Below, piece by piece: positions 23,664-32,335 of a stretch of 32,518 nucleotides of DNA. A program made the translations under genes and the position numbers. The notes under the pieces are model-generated. The model saw only the letters and a list, made by a program, of their open reading frames with translations. It searched no databases and was not told the DNA's origin. How positions within the stretch are numbered: the stretch's first letter is position 1; every line of letters begins with the position of its first letter. The stretch covers positions 1 to 32,518 of the forward strand of contig JAQVQF010000002.1 of NCBI GenBank assembly GCA_028701715.1, read 5' to 3'. This stretch comes from Eubacteriales bacterium. Its GTDB lineage: Bacteria > Bacillota > Clostridia > Oscillospirales > CAG-382.

Positions 23664-24134
23664 CTACTCGCCGGGCGTTCTTTTTTCCAGCTCAAGCAGG
23701 AATCTTTTTATATTAATTCCGCCCGAAAAACCGCCCTCCCCTGTCGCCGAGATCACTCTGTGGCAGGGTATTATTATCGGGATCGGGTTTGCTCCGCAGG
23801 CGTTTCCCACAGCACGGCAGGCTTTCGGGTGTCCGGCGGCGGATGCGAGACCTTTATAGGTTATCTTATCACCGTAAGAAATTTCCGACATAGCTTTCCA
23901 TACGGCTTTCTGAAAATTCGTACCTTCAGTTTTTACTGGTACCGTGAATGTCTTTCTTGTACCGATAAAATATTCTTGTATTTGCTTTTCGGCTTCCAAA
24001 AGCGACGGTATAGCGTCGTTAACTGCGTTTACGGCTTTATCCGAAAACCTTACTTCGGTTATATTTTCGCCGTCGGATAATATTTGAAGCATACCCACCG
24101 GCGAAGCAAAGCTGCGTATATATATATGTTCCAT
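23664..24134 (-). CDS. ogt: methylated-DNA--protein-cysteine methyltransferase
   Basis: 156 aa with the active-site motif IIIPCHRVI, plus YGDKITYKGLA and NACGANPIP blocks. Confidence 0.92.
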   Translation of the reverse strand: MEHIYIRSFASPVGMLQILSDGENITEVRFSDKAVNAVNDAIPSLLEAEKQIQEYFIGTRKTFTVPVKTEGTNFQKAVWKAMSEISYGDKITYKGLASAAGHPKACRAVGNACGANPIPIIIPCHRVISATGEGGFSGGINIKRFLLELEKRTPGE

Positions 24135-25520
24135 TTATTTTTTGAATATAGCGCCCTTGTCTTCCATCATTGACCTGACACGGCGTCCGTCGACCACATT
24201 GGCTTTTATACCTTCCCTGACGGCTATCGAAGCGCCGAGCCCCGCGGCTTCACCGGAAGAACGCGCCGACTGCTGTACGCGCAGCGAGGACTGAGCGAGA
24301 AATTCCGCGCCGAGACAGCGACCCGCCACAAAAAGATTGTCAAAGCCCTTGACGACAAGGGAGCGGAAGGGTATTTCATACCAGGGCTTGCCGTCGTTGA
24401 CCGGGGTTATATTCTGAATACACTTGAGCGTTTTTCCGTGGATGTCAACGGGATAGTTGCTCTGGCAGAAAGCGTCGTCGAATTTTTTTCTTCCGAGCAG
24501 GTCATCGCTTGAGAGCACATATTCGGTGGTTATATTACGGGTTTCGCGCACGCCCACCATCGGAGCGATTTCAGAAATATAGGCATTTTCAAAGCCTTTC
24601 ATGTATTTCTTATAGAAATTAAGCTGCTTAATAATAGCGGCCTTTCCGTCGGTTTGAGCTTTCGTAAGATGAACGGAATCGGTGCCGTCGACATATTCGA
24701 AGAATTCGGGATTATTAAAGGCGAGGGTATCCTTTCTGTTGGGAAGCTTGAAAACCTGCCAGTAAGCCTTATCTTCATCAATCAAATCACCGGCGGATAT
24801 GGCTTTCTTAAAAATATCGGTCATCGCCCAGTCGTCTGAGGCGGTGCATGCCGCATAAACCGTTTTACCGTCATAGGACGCGCCCTTGCCGTTGCCGGTA
24901 CGAGTAATTTCTTCGCTGATAAATTCGCCGAATTCGCTTATATTTACTCCGGAAACCGTATATCTGAGAGATATAGGCTGGCATTTTCCCGTTTCGGGAT
25001 TACCCTTGGTATATTCCGCACCGGCGAGAACGGAAAGATCTCCATCACCGGTACAGTCTACGAACGCTTTACCCTCAATGACATATTCGCCCGACTTGGA
25101 GGCGGTTATCACGCCCTTTATAATGCCGTTTTCGGCTATTACCCCCGAAACAAACGTGTAATAAAGAAGCTGCACACCCGCTTCAAGGCAGAGCTGTTCG
25201 GAAGCGATGCGGAGGATGAGCGGGTCAAAGACGCGCTTTGATGAATCCAGCCCGCCGAGCGATGACATTCTGTCGTTTAACAGATTGGTCACATACGAGC
25301 AGGCGGGGTCGCCTTCTATATGCGAATGCATAACCGGCGTGACGAGCGCGTTCCCTGCCGAACCGCCAAGCGAACCGAACTGCTCAATAAGGATGACCGA
25401 GCTGCCCTCGTTTGCCGCCGCGATCGCGGCGTGAACGCCTGCGGTGCCGCCTCCGCAGACCACTATGTCGGCGGAAAAACGCACGGGAATTTCCCTTTGG
25501 GGAACCGTATATGCTTTCAT
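24135..25520 (-). CDS. FAD-dependent oxidoreductase of unknown specificity
   Basis: 461 aa. N-terminal DIVVCGGGTAGVHAAIAAANEGSSVILIEQ dinucleotide fold and C-terminal GEAAG. The stop codon (24135-24137) directly abuts the ogt start (24132-24134). Confidence 0.7.
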   Translation of the reverse strand: MKAYTVPQREIPVRFSADIVVCGGGTAGVHAAIAAANEGSSVILIEQFGSLGGSAGNALVTPVMHSHIEGDPACSYVTNLLNDRMSSLGGLDSSKRVFDPLILRIASEQLCLEAGVQLLYYTFVSGVIAENGIIKGVITASKSGEYVIEGKAFVDCTGDGDLSVLAGAEYTKGNPETGKCQPISLRYTVSGVNISEFGEFISEEITRTGNGKGASYDGKTVYAACTASDDWAMTDIFKKAISAGDLIDEDKAYWQVFKLPNRKDTLAFNNPEFFEYVDGTDSVHLTKAQTDGKAAIIKQLNFYKKYMKGFENAYISEIAPMVGVRETRNITTEYVLSSDDLLGRKKFDDAFCQSNYPVDIHGKTLKCIQNITPVNDGKPWYEIPFRSLVVKGFDNLFVAGRCLGAEFLAQSSLRVQQSARSSGEAAGLGASIAVREGIKANVVDGRRVRSMMEDKGAIFKK

Positions 25521-25575
25521 AATTCTATTTGTGCCTTTCTTAATGATTTACGGATAAATTTTATCCTTAAAAACA

Positions 25576-25908
25576 CTATTCCGACTTTTGCTCAACAGAG
25601 CGTACCGCCCATTTCTGTATCTGAACTCTGGTTTTGTCGCCGCTCGTTTCGATAAGAATGTTGTCGTCCTTTACCATGATAACGATGCCGACGATACCGC
25701 CAACGGTGGTTATTACATCTCCGCGGGATATGCTTTCACGCATGGATTGGGTCTCACGCTGCTGTTTTTTCTGCGGCCTTATCATGAAAAAGTAAAAGAC
25801 GGCAATGAGTATGACAAACGGAGCGAACATGCTTACGATAGACCAGAAAGAGCCCGCAGTCGTATCGGTAGCTGCGGAAGTATCGAGCATTCTGATAATT
25901 TCGGTCAT
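25576..25908 (-). CDS. yajC: preprotein translocase subunit YajC
   Basis: 110 aa. One TM helix, then FYFFMIRPQKKQQRE and GDVITTVGGIVGIV, the canonical YajC blocks. Confidence 0.88.
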   Translation of the reverse strand: MTEIIRMLDTSAATDTTAGSFWSIVSMFAPFVILIAVFYFFMIRPQKKQQRETQSMRESISRGDVITTVGGIVGIVIMVKDDNILIETSGDKTRVQIQKWAVRSVEQKSE

Positions 25909-25924
25909 GTGGGAAATTCCTTTC

Positions 25925-26719
25925 TTACAGATATTTTATTCTTTTAATGCTTAAACAACGTTTTACGGCATAATCCACCTCAAACAACACACCGTTGATT
26001 TCGGCTTTTCCCGTAATTCTCTCAAAGCGTTCATGAACGCCGGTGACAAACTGTTTTATTACCGTTTCTGCCTTTACTCCAAGCACGGTGCCTTCCCTGA
26101 CGCCGCACATGCCTATATCGGTTATATAACCGCTGCCCTTGGGAAGCAGCGTTTCGTCGGCAGTGGGAATATGAGTATGAGTGCCGTATATACATTGAAT
26201 CCTGCCGTCGAACCAAAGCCCGAAAGCGGATTTTTCGCTCGTGGCTTCGCCGTGGAAATCGGCGACGGCAATATCGTATTTGCCCTCGTTTTCCCTGAGA
26301 ATTCTGTCAACGCACACGAACGGATTGTCGCCGGGCGGCATAAAAACCTGACCTGCGGCGTTTATTATGAGTATCCGTATGTCCGATACCGCTCTGAAAA
26401 CGGTGTAACCCCTGCCGGGGCAAAGCGGCGGAAAGTTAGCCGGACGGACAAGATATTCGCTGTCATCCAGCATGGAAAAAATTTCTCTTAAAGCTATGGT
26501 GTGGTTGCCGCCGGTTATCACGTCGGTGCCGCCGGCAAGCAGGGTTTCAGCCGACCAAACGTCAAGCCCGTTGGATTCGGAGGCGTTTTCGCCGTTGACC
26601 AGCACTACGTCGGCTTTCAATTCCGCTTTAATGCGGCGAAGCTCGTCCGCAACCTTCCCGACTCCCGATTTACCCACAACGTCGCCGAGGGCGAGGATAC
26701 GGATAATACTACTTTGCAT
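25925..26719 (-). CDS. ymdB: YmdB-type metallophosphoesterase (2',3'-cyclic-nucleotide phosphodiesterase family)
   Basis: [24 protein letters not shown] and [10 protein letters not shown] metallophosphoesterase blocks, in the conserved position immediately after rny. I prefer ATG 26719 over the track's TTG 26725. Either start overlaps the rny stop (26709-26711). Confidence 0.88.
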   Translation of the reverse strand: MQSSIIRILALGDVVGKSGVGKVADELRRIKAELKADVVLVNGENASESNGLDVWSAETLLAGGTDVITGGNHTIALREIFSMLDDSEYLVRPANFPPLCPGRGYTVFRAVSDIRILIINAAGQVFMPPGDNPFVCVDRILRENEGKYDIAVADFHGEATSEKSAFGLWFDGRIQCIYGTHTHIPTADETLLPKGSGYITDIGMCGVREGTVLGVKAETVIKQFVTGVHERFERITGKAEINGVLFEVDYAVKRCLSIKRIKYL

Positions 26720-28259
26720 ACTCAAACGCTCTTGTTTCGCGAATGATGTGAATTTTTATCTGACCGGGGTATTCAAGCTCCGATTCTATCTTTTTGGAAA
26801 TGTCCCTTGCGAGGAAGGTCATCCTGTCGTCGGTAACCTCCTCCGGCTTTACCATTATGCGTATTTCGCGTCCTGCCTGAATGGCGAAGGATTTTTCGAT
26901 ACCCTCAAAGGAATTGGCGATTTCCTCAAGCTTCTGGAGGCGTTTGATATAGTTTTCAAGATTTTCGCGTCTCGCGCCGGGGCGCGCCGCGGATATGGCG
27001 TCGGCGGCCTGAACAATGACCGCTATATATGTGGAAGGCTCCACGTCCCCGTGATGGGATTCTATTGCGTGTATGACTTCCTTGTTTTCCTTGTATTTTT
27101 TGGCGACATCCACGCCGATGGCAACATGGCTGCCGTCGACCTCGTGGGTCATCGCCTTGCCTATGTCGTGAAGCAGCCCGGCACGCTTGGCAAGGGTAGG
27201 GTCAAGCCCCAGCTCGCTGGCTATCATGCCGGAAATCTGTGCAACCTCTATGGAATGCTTGAGTACGTTCTGACCATAACTGGTACGGAATCTCAATCTT
27301 CCGAGCAGCCTTACAAGCTCATGATTGATACCGTGAACGCCTGTTTCAAATGTTGCCTGCTCGCCTTCGCGTTTGATAACGGCTTCCACTTCTTTTTTGG
27401 ATTTTTCCACCATTTCCTCGATTCTTGAGGGATGGATGCGTCCGTCGGATATGAGCTTTTCGAGCGTCAGCCTTGCTATTTCGCGTCTTATCGGATCGAA
27501 GGTGGAAATGGTTATTGCTTCCGGGGTGTCGTCGATTATCAGATCAACCCCCGTTAAGGTTTCTATAGAACGAATATTGCGTCCCTCGCGGCCGATTATT
27601 CTTCCCTTCATTTCGTCGTTGGGGAGGTCTACCACCGACACGGTGGCTTCGGCTACGCTGTCGGAAGCGCAGCGCTGTATCGCCAGAGTTATAATATCCT
27701 TCGCTTTTTCCTCGGCGTTTTCTTTATACTCTTTTTCTATATCCAAGAGCTTTTGAGCCATTTCATGCCTTGTCTCCTCCTCAACACGGCGGAGCAGCTC
27801 GGCTTTGGCTTCTTCAAGAGAAAGCGACGCTATTTTTTGCAATTCCTCAAATTGCTGTGCTTTTATGCCTTCAATTTCGGTACGGATGCTTTCGTTTTGT
27901 TTAAGCTTTTCGTTAAGCAGATCTTCTTTTTTATCGAGAGCGTCTGTCTTGTGGTCGAGGTGTTCTTCTTTTTGAAGCACACGCTTTTCCATGCGTTGAA
28001 TATCGTTTCTTCTTTCCTTGAGCTCCCTTTCGTTTTCGTTTTTGATTCTCAGCGCTTCCTCTTTTACCTCAAGCAGCGCTTCCTTTTTTTTGGTTTCAGA
28101 TGCTTTTTCGGCTTCGTTTAACAGGCGTTTCGCCTCAACCTCCGCTGATTTAATTGTTTTTTCCGCTATTTTTTTTCTAAAAACAATTCCGGCATAAAAA
28201 GCAAGAAAGCCTACGATAATCACTATCGCCGATACTATCAAGTATCCAATGAGATCCAT
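26709..28259 (-). CDS. rny: ribonuclease Y
   Basis: 516 aa. N-terminal TM helix, a long Lys/Glu coiled coil, a KH domain ([12 protein letters not shown]) and an HD domain (LLHDIGKA...SHHG). Confidence 0.95.
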   Translation of the reverse strand: MDLIGYLIVSAIVIIVGFLAFYAGIVFRKKIAEKTIKSAEVEAKRLLNEAEKASETKKKEALLEVKEEALRIKNENERELKERRNDIQRMEKRVLQKEEHLDHKTDALDKKEDLLNEKLKQNESIRTEIEGIKAQQFEELQKIASLSLEEAKAELLRRVEEETRHEMAQKLLDIEKEYKENAEEKAKDIITLAIQRCASDSVAEATVSVVDLPNDEMKGRIIGREGRNIRSIETLTGVDLIIDDTPEAITISTFDPIRREIARLTLEKLISDGRIHPSRIEEMVEKSKKEVEAVIKREGEQATFETGVHGINHELVRLLGRLRFRTSYGQNVLKHSIEVAQISGMIASELGLDPTLAKRAGLLHDIGKAMTHEVDGSHVAIGVDVAKKYKENKEVIHAIESHHGDVEPSTYIAVIVQAADAISAARPGARRENLENYIKRLQKLEEIANSFEGIEKSFAIQAGREIRIMVKPEEVTDDRMTFLARDISKKIESELEYPGQIKIHIIRETRAFEYAK

Positions 28260-28348
28260 AGATTTTGTGTCCTCCTTTATATTAAATCTATGTTCTCCGC
28301 TTTGGTATAAAGCATATATGCAAACTTTAATCTATATTCAAGTATATC

Positions 28349-28378
28349 AGTATAAAAGCGGAAAACATTCGATATCAA
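28349..28378 (-). promoter_or_regulatory. candidate promoter for rny: TTGATA-18 nt-TATACT
   Basis: On the - strand, TTGATA is at 28378-28373 and TATACT at 28354-28349. A second candidate (TTGAAT-17-TATATG) lies about 30 nt closer to rny, so the assignment is uncertain. Confidence 0.3.
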
Positions 28379-28587
28379 GGTATTATACTACACCAAAAAG
28401 ACGCTGTAAAGTCAAATAATATAATTCTTATAAAATTTACATTTATATTCATAAACAACAAAAATATTAATTAATGGCATTTAATTATAATTTAAGGTTT
28501 ATAGTATATATTCATGGACGAAAAGAAAAATAAAGAGTTTTTTTATAATAGCATTATGTTATACTGTGATTGAAAGGATTATATATT

Positions 28588-30756
28588 ATGAAATTACGGA
28601 AAGCGGCGATAATACTCGTTTGTCTGATACTCATGTTTTCCTTCGCTTCCTGCTCTTTGAACCCCGATAACGGAGATAACGGTTTTACGGAGAGTATACA
28701 GGCGGAGGAGTCAAACGTTTCATCAGAGGGGACGAGCGATACCTCCTCCGAAACACCCGGCAGCTCGCCTACACAGGTCGAATATAAAAGTAAGGATACA
28801 AATTCGGAATACGATGAAAACGAATGCACGATTATAACGCTTTCCGATAACGCAACGGCTATAACAGGCACAGGTGCGGAGATCAGCGGGAATACCGTCA
28901 CCATAACGAAATCGGGGTATTATGTTCTTCGCGGAACACTTACCGACGGACAGATAATCGTAAATTGTGAAAGCGGCACGGTAAGGCTTGTGCTTGACGG
29001 AGCTTCGGTAAGCTGCTCCCATTCCGCTCCCTTGTATGATATAAACGGAGATATAGTGCTTATACTCGCGGAAGGCAGCGAAAACAGCTTTTCGGACGCC
29101 GCGTCATATGTGTTTGAAGAAGGCGCCGACGAGCCGTCCGCGTGTATATACGCGAAGGACGATATCGCAATCAACGGAAGCGGCAAGCTTACGGTGACGG
29201 GCAATTACAACAACGGCATCCAGTCCAAGGATACCCTGAAGATAACCGGCGGAAGCGTCAACGTTACGGCGGTCAACAACGGGCTGAAGGGCAAGGATTA
29301 TGTCGCCGTATCCGACGGGATAATAAACGTCAATGCCGCCGGCGACGGCATAAAATCCGATAACGAGACCGATGAGGGCATGGGCATTATTCAGCTGGAC
29401 GGCGGTGCGATAACCGTCACAGCCGGTGACGACGGCGTGCAGGCGTACGGTAATATTATTTTAAACGGTGGGTCTTTGAGTATAACCGCGGCGGGCGGGG
29501 ATATATATGCGTACGGAACGTCGGTGACGATAAAGTCAAGCGGTGCCTTTTCAAAGACCTCGACCGTGTCACAGAAGGGAATGAAGGCGGTAAACGGAAT
29601 TTATGTTACCGGCGGTGAATACAATATCACAACCAATGATGATGCCGTCCATTCGGATAATAAAATTTATATAAACGGGGGCAATTTTACGATAACCGCA
29701 GGGAGTGATGGCATCTATGCGGCAGATACTCTGACAATTGACGACGGCACATTTAATATTTTTACCGGTGAAGGCTCCGCGGCGGCTCCGGTTAGATCGG
29801 GAAAAAGCAACAATGGCGGCGGCTTTACACGAAGCGATCGGCAAAACAATGGTAGCTCCGGCACCACTACCGGTTCCGTAAGCGGAGAAATCGCTGACAG
29901 CTGTAAAGCTATCAAAAGCGGATCGTCACTTAAAATTAGCGGTGGTACATTTGTTATTGATGCGTATGACGACGCTGTGCATTCCGACGGCAGCGTCACC
30001 ATAAGCGGCGGAAATTTCAGCATAAAATCCGGAGACGACGGTATTCACGGAAACGACAATGTCACAATCTCCGGTGGTATCATTACGATTGAAAAAAGCT
30101 ATGAAGGCGTTGAATCTTCTACGATAGACATCAGCGGCGGTGTGATTGATATTACAGCCAGCGATGACGGAATAAACGCTTCCGACGGTACCGGAGCGGG
30201 TACGGTGGGCAGCCCGGGAAAAGGCAACTCTGCGTTGTATATCCGCATCAGCGGCGGTGAAATTGTCATAAATGCCAGCGCGGACGGTATTGATTCCAAC
30301 GGCAATATGTTTTTGGACGGAGGTTATATCTATGTTGTCGGTTCCTCAGATCCCGAAAGCGCAATTGACGCTGACGGCACCATCACAGTCAGCGGCGGAA
30401 CGGTGGTCGGCATCGGCTCAACAGGTCACATGGAAGCTCCTACGGCAAGCTCCACACAGCCGACTCTTATGATTATTTTCAGCAGCGAACAAGCGAGCGG
30501 AACCATGATAAAGCTCACCGATGAAAAAGGAAATGTAATTTTTGAGGGAACATCTGAAAAAGCTTTTCAATCTTATTTCTTTACAGACCCCGCGCTTGTT
30601 AAGGGAAAAAGCTATACGCTTTATGCGGATGGCAAAGAAAAAGCGACAATTACCCTTACGACCGCGATAACCATATGCTCCGAAACCGGTGGTACTGTCA
30701 GCAGCAACGGCGGTACGGGCGGCGGAGGTCCCGGCGGAGGTCCCGGGCGAAGATAA
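28588..30756 (+). CDS. lipoprotein of the Cthe_2159-like carbohydrate-binding beta-helix family
   Basis: Start taken at ATG 28588 (SD GAAAGGA). 722 aa with signal peptide plus lipobox FSFAS|C and a Ser/Thr/Glu linker. Then ITLSDNATAITGTGAEISGNTVTITKSGYYVLRGTLTDGQIIVNCESGTVRLVLDGASVSCSHSAPLY, the N-terminal signature I recall for this family. About 9 repeats of D-D-G/A-I/V-x follow. Confidence 0.7.
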   Translation: MKLRKAAIILVCLILMFSFASCSLNPDNGDNGFTESIQAEESNVSSEGTSDTSSETPGSSPTQVEYKSKDTNSEYDENECTIITLSDNATAITGTGAEISGNTVTITKSGYYVLRGTLTDGQIIVNCESGTVRLVLDGASVSCSHSAPLYDINGDIVLILAEGSENSFSDAASYVFEEGADEPSACIYAKDDIAINGSGKLTVTGNYNNGIQSKDTLKITGGSVNVTAVNNGLKGKDYVAVSDGIINVNAAGDGIKSDNETDEGMGIIQLDGGAITVTAGDDGVQAYGNIILNGGSLSITAAGGDIYAYGTSVTIKSSGAFSKTSTVSQKGMKAVNGIYVTGGEYNITTNDDAVHSDNKIYINGGNFTITAGSDGIYAADTLTIDDGTFNIFTGEGSAAAPVRSGKSNNGGGFTRSDRQNNGSSGTTTGSVSGEIADSCKAIKSGSSLKISGGTFVIDAYDDAVHSDGSVTISGGNFSIKSGDDGIHGNDNVTISGGIITIEKSYEGVESSTIDISGGVIDITASDDGINASDGTGAGTVGSPGKGNSALYIRISGGEIVINASADGIDSNGNMFLDGGYIYVVGSSDPESAIDADGTITVSGGTVVGIGSTGHMEAPTASSTQPTLMIIFSSEQASGTMIKLTDEKGNVIFEGTSEKAFQSYFFTDPALVKGKSYTLYADGKEKATITLTTAITICSETGGTVSSNGGTGGGGPGGGPGRR

Positions 30757-30783
30757 TAGAAATACAAAATGCAAAATATTGGA

Positions 30784-30813
30784 ACAAAAGCGGCATATGC
30801 CGCTTTTGTTTTT
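30784..30813 (+). terminator. rho-independent terminator
   Basis: Perfect palindrome ACAAAAGCGGCAT|ATGCCGCTTTTGT (30784-30809) followed by TTTT. Confidence 0.8.
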
Positions 30814-30832
30814 CGTTATTTATTGCATATAA

Positions 30833-30867
30833 TATTAAAACAAAATCCGGCTTCGCGCCGGATTTTG
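30833..30867 (-). terminator. rho-independent terminator for ackA
   Basis: CAAAATCCGGC (30841-30851) pairs with GCCGGATTTTG (30857-30867) around loop TTCGC. On the - strand the hairpin is followed by TTTTAATATT. Confidence 0.7.
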
Positions 30868-30877
30868 TGCTTGAATT

Positions 30878-32086
30878 TTAATTTTTCATTTTAACAACGG
30901 CTTCCGTGTCGGTGGCAATAACAAGCTCCTCGTCGGTCATGATTACGAAAACCTTGACCTTAGAGTCGGGTGTCGATATTATGGCGGGTTCGGGGAGCCT
31001 TTTGCCGACGGCGTTTTTTTCGGGATCGATTTTAACGCCCATATAATCCATATCCGCGCAGACATCGGCTCTGACCTGAGGGTTGTTTTCGCCTATACCG
31101 GCCGTAAAGACTATGGCGTCCACGCCGTTGAGAGAAGCCGCATACGCGCCGATATATTTTTTAATATCGTATACAAGTATATCGTAGGCAAGCACGGCGC
31201 GTTCGTTGCCCGAATCCTTTGCGGCGGTCAGCTCGCGCAGGTCGGACGAAACGCCCGATACGCCAAGCAACCCGCATTTTTTATTCATCCAGCTTTGCAT
31301 ATCCTTGGGGGCGATATTTTCCTTTTCCATAATAAAGGGAATTATTGCCGGATCGACTCCGCCGCAGCGCGAACCCATTATAATGCCGTCGAGAGGGGTA
31401 AAGCCCATGCTGGTATCGATGACCTTGCCGTCCTTTATCGCGGCAATGGACGAACCGTTTCCGAGATGGCAGGTTATTATTTTCGTGCCCTCGGCTTTTC
31501 CGCCGAGATATTCTATACATTTACCCGACACATATCTGTGGCTGGTGCCGTGGAAGCCGTAGCGTCGGATAGAATATTTTTCGTAAAGCTCATAGGGTAT
31601 AGGATATATATAGGCTTTTTCGGGCATTGTCTGATGGAAGGCGGTGTCTATAACAAGCACCTGCGGTGTGCTCGGCATCACCGCCATGCAGCCGCGAATT
31701 CCCAGCAGATGCGGAACCGTATGAAGCGGCGCCAAATCCTTGCAGCGTTCGAGCTTTTTAATAACGTCGTCATCAACCAGGACGGATTCTACAAGCCAGG
31801 GACCTCCCTGAACTATACGGTGACCCACGGCCGAAATTTGATCCATGGATTTTATACAACCGTAATCCCGGTTGACAAGAGCCTCCACCACCATTTTTGT
31901 GGCTTCCGCGTGAGTGGGAATATCCACCTTGACTTCATACAGCTTTCCCAAGGCCTCGTGCTTCATTCGACCTCCGGGTATGCCTATACATTCGCACAAA
32001 CCCTTTGCCATAACCGCTTTGGTATCCATGTCGAAAAGCTGATATTTCAACGACGAGCTTCCCGCATTGACGACGAGAATATACAT
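30878..32086 (-). CDS. ackA: acetate kinase
   Basis: 402 aa with ILVVNAGSSSLKYQLF, RRYGFHGTSHRYV, CHLGNGSS and FTAGIGEN blocks. SD AAGGAG precedes the start. Confidence 0.96.
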   Translation of the reverse strand: MYILVVNAGSSSLKYQLFDMDTKAVMAKGLCECIGIPGGRMKHEALGKLYEVKVDIPTHAEATKMVVEALVNRDYGCIKSMDQISAVGHRIVQGGPWLVESVLVDDDVIKKLERCKDLAPLHTVPHLLGIRGCMAVMPSTPQVLVIDTAFHQTMPEKAYIYPIPYELYEKYSIRRYGFHGTSHRYVSGKCIEYLGGKAEGTKIITCHLGNGSSIAAIKDGKVIDTSMGFTPLDGIIMGSRCGGVDPAIIPFIMEKENIAPKDMQSWMNKKCGLLGVSGVSSDLRELTAAKDSGNERAVLAYDILVYDIKKYIGAYAASLNGVDAIVFTAGIGENNPQVRADVCADMDYMGVKIDPEKNAVGKRLPEPAIISTPDSKVKVFVIMTDEELVIATDTEAVVKMKN

Positions 32087-32211
32087 TTTACTGACTCCTT
32101 TATATTTATTGGCGACTTAAACGAGGTTTATTTACGGAAAAAAACCGGATTACACAAAATGACTTATAAAGCTGTTTAACACCGTTATCTTTATAATTGA
32201 CATAAATTTCC

Positions 32212-32240
32212 TTGACTTTTCAAGCCTTGGATATTATACT
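32212..32240 (+). promoter_or_regulatory. candidate promoter for tmcAL: TTGACT-17 nt-TATACT
   Basis: TTGACT at 32212-32217, a 17-nt spacer and TATACT at 32235-32240. A second candidate, TTGACT (32268-32273)-17-TAACAT, lies downstream. Confidence 0.4.
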
Positions 32241-32335
32241 TCATATAAGTGCAAAAAGCAAGGTTTTTTGACTTTAAAATTAATATACGTTAACATAAAT
32301 ATATGTTTTCATTAAATGTACAGGTGAAATTAAAA

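Noticed and set aside
26472-27428. 318-aa ORF on the + strand
   Set aside because: It is antisense to the unmistakable rny (KH and HD motifs) and the start of ymdB. It has no recognisable motifs and is a shadow ORF.
28260-28587. 328-nt AT-rich intergenic region, considered for a small RNA, riboswitch or CRISPR leader
   Set aside because: I found no repeats, conserved-looking structure or terminator inside it. Divergent promoter and 5'-UTR sequence for rny and the lipoprotein gene explains it adequately.
31295-32179. 294-aa ORF on the + strand
   Set aside because: It is antisense to ackA, which carries all acetate-kinase signature blocks. It is a shadow ORF.
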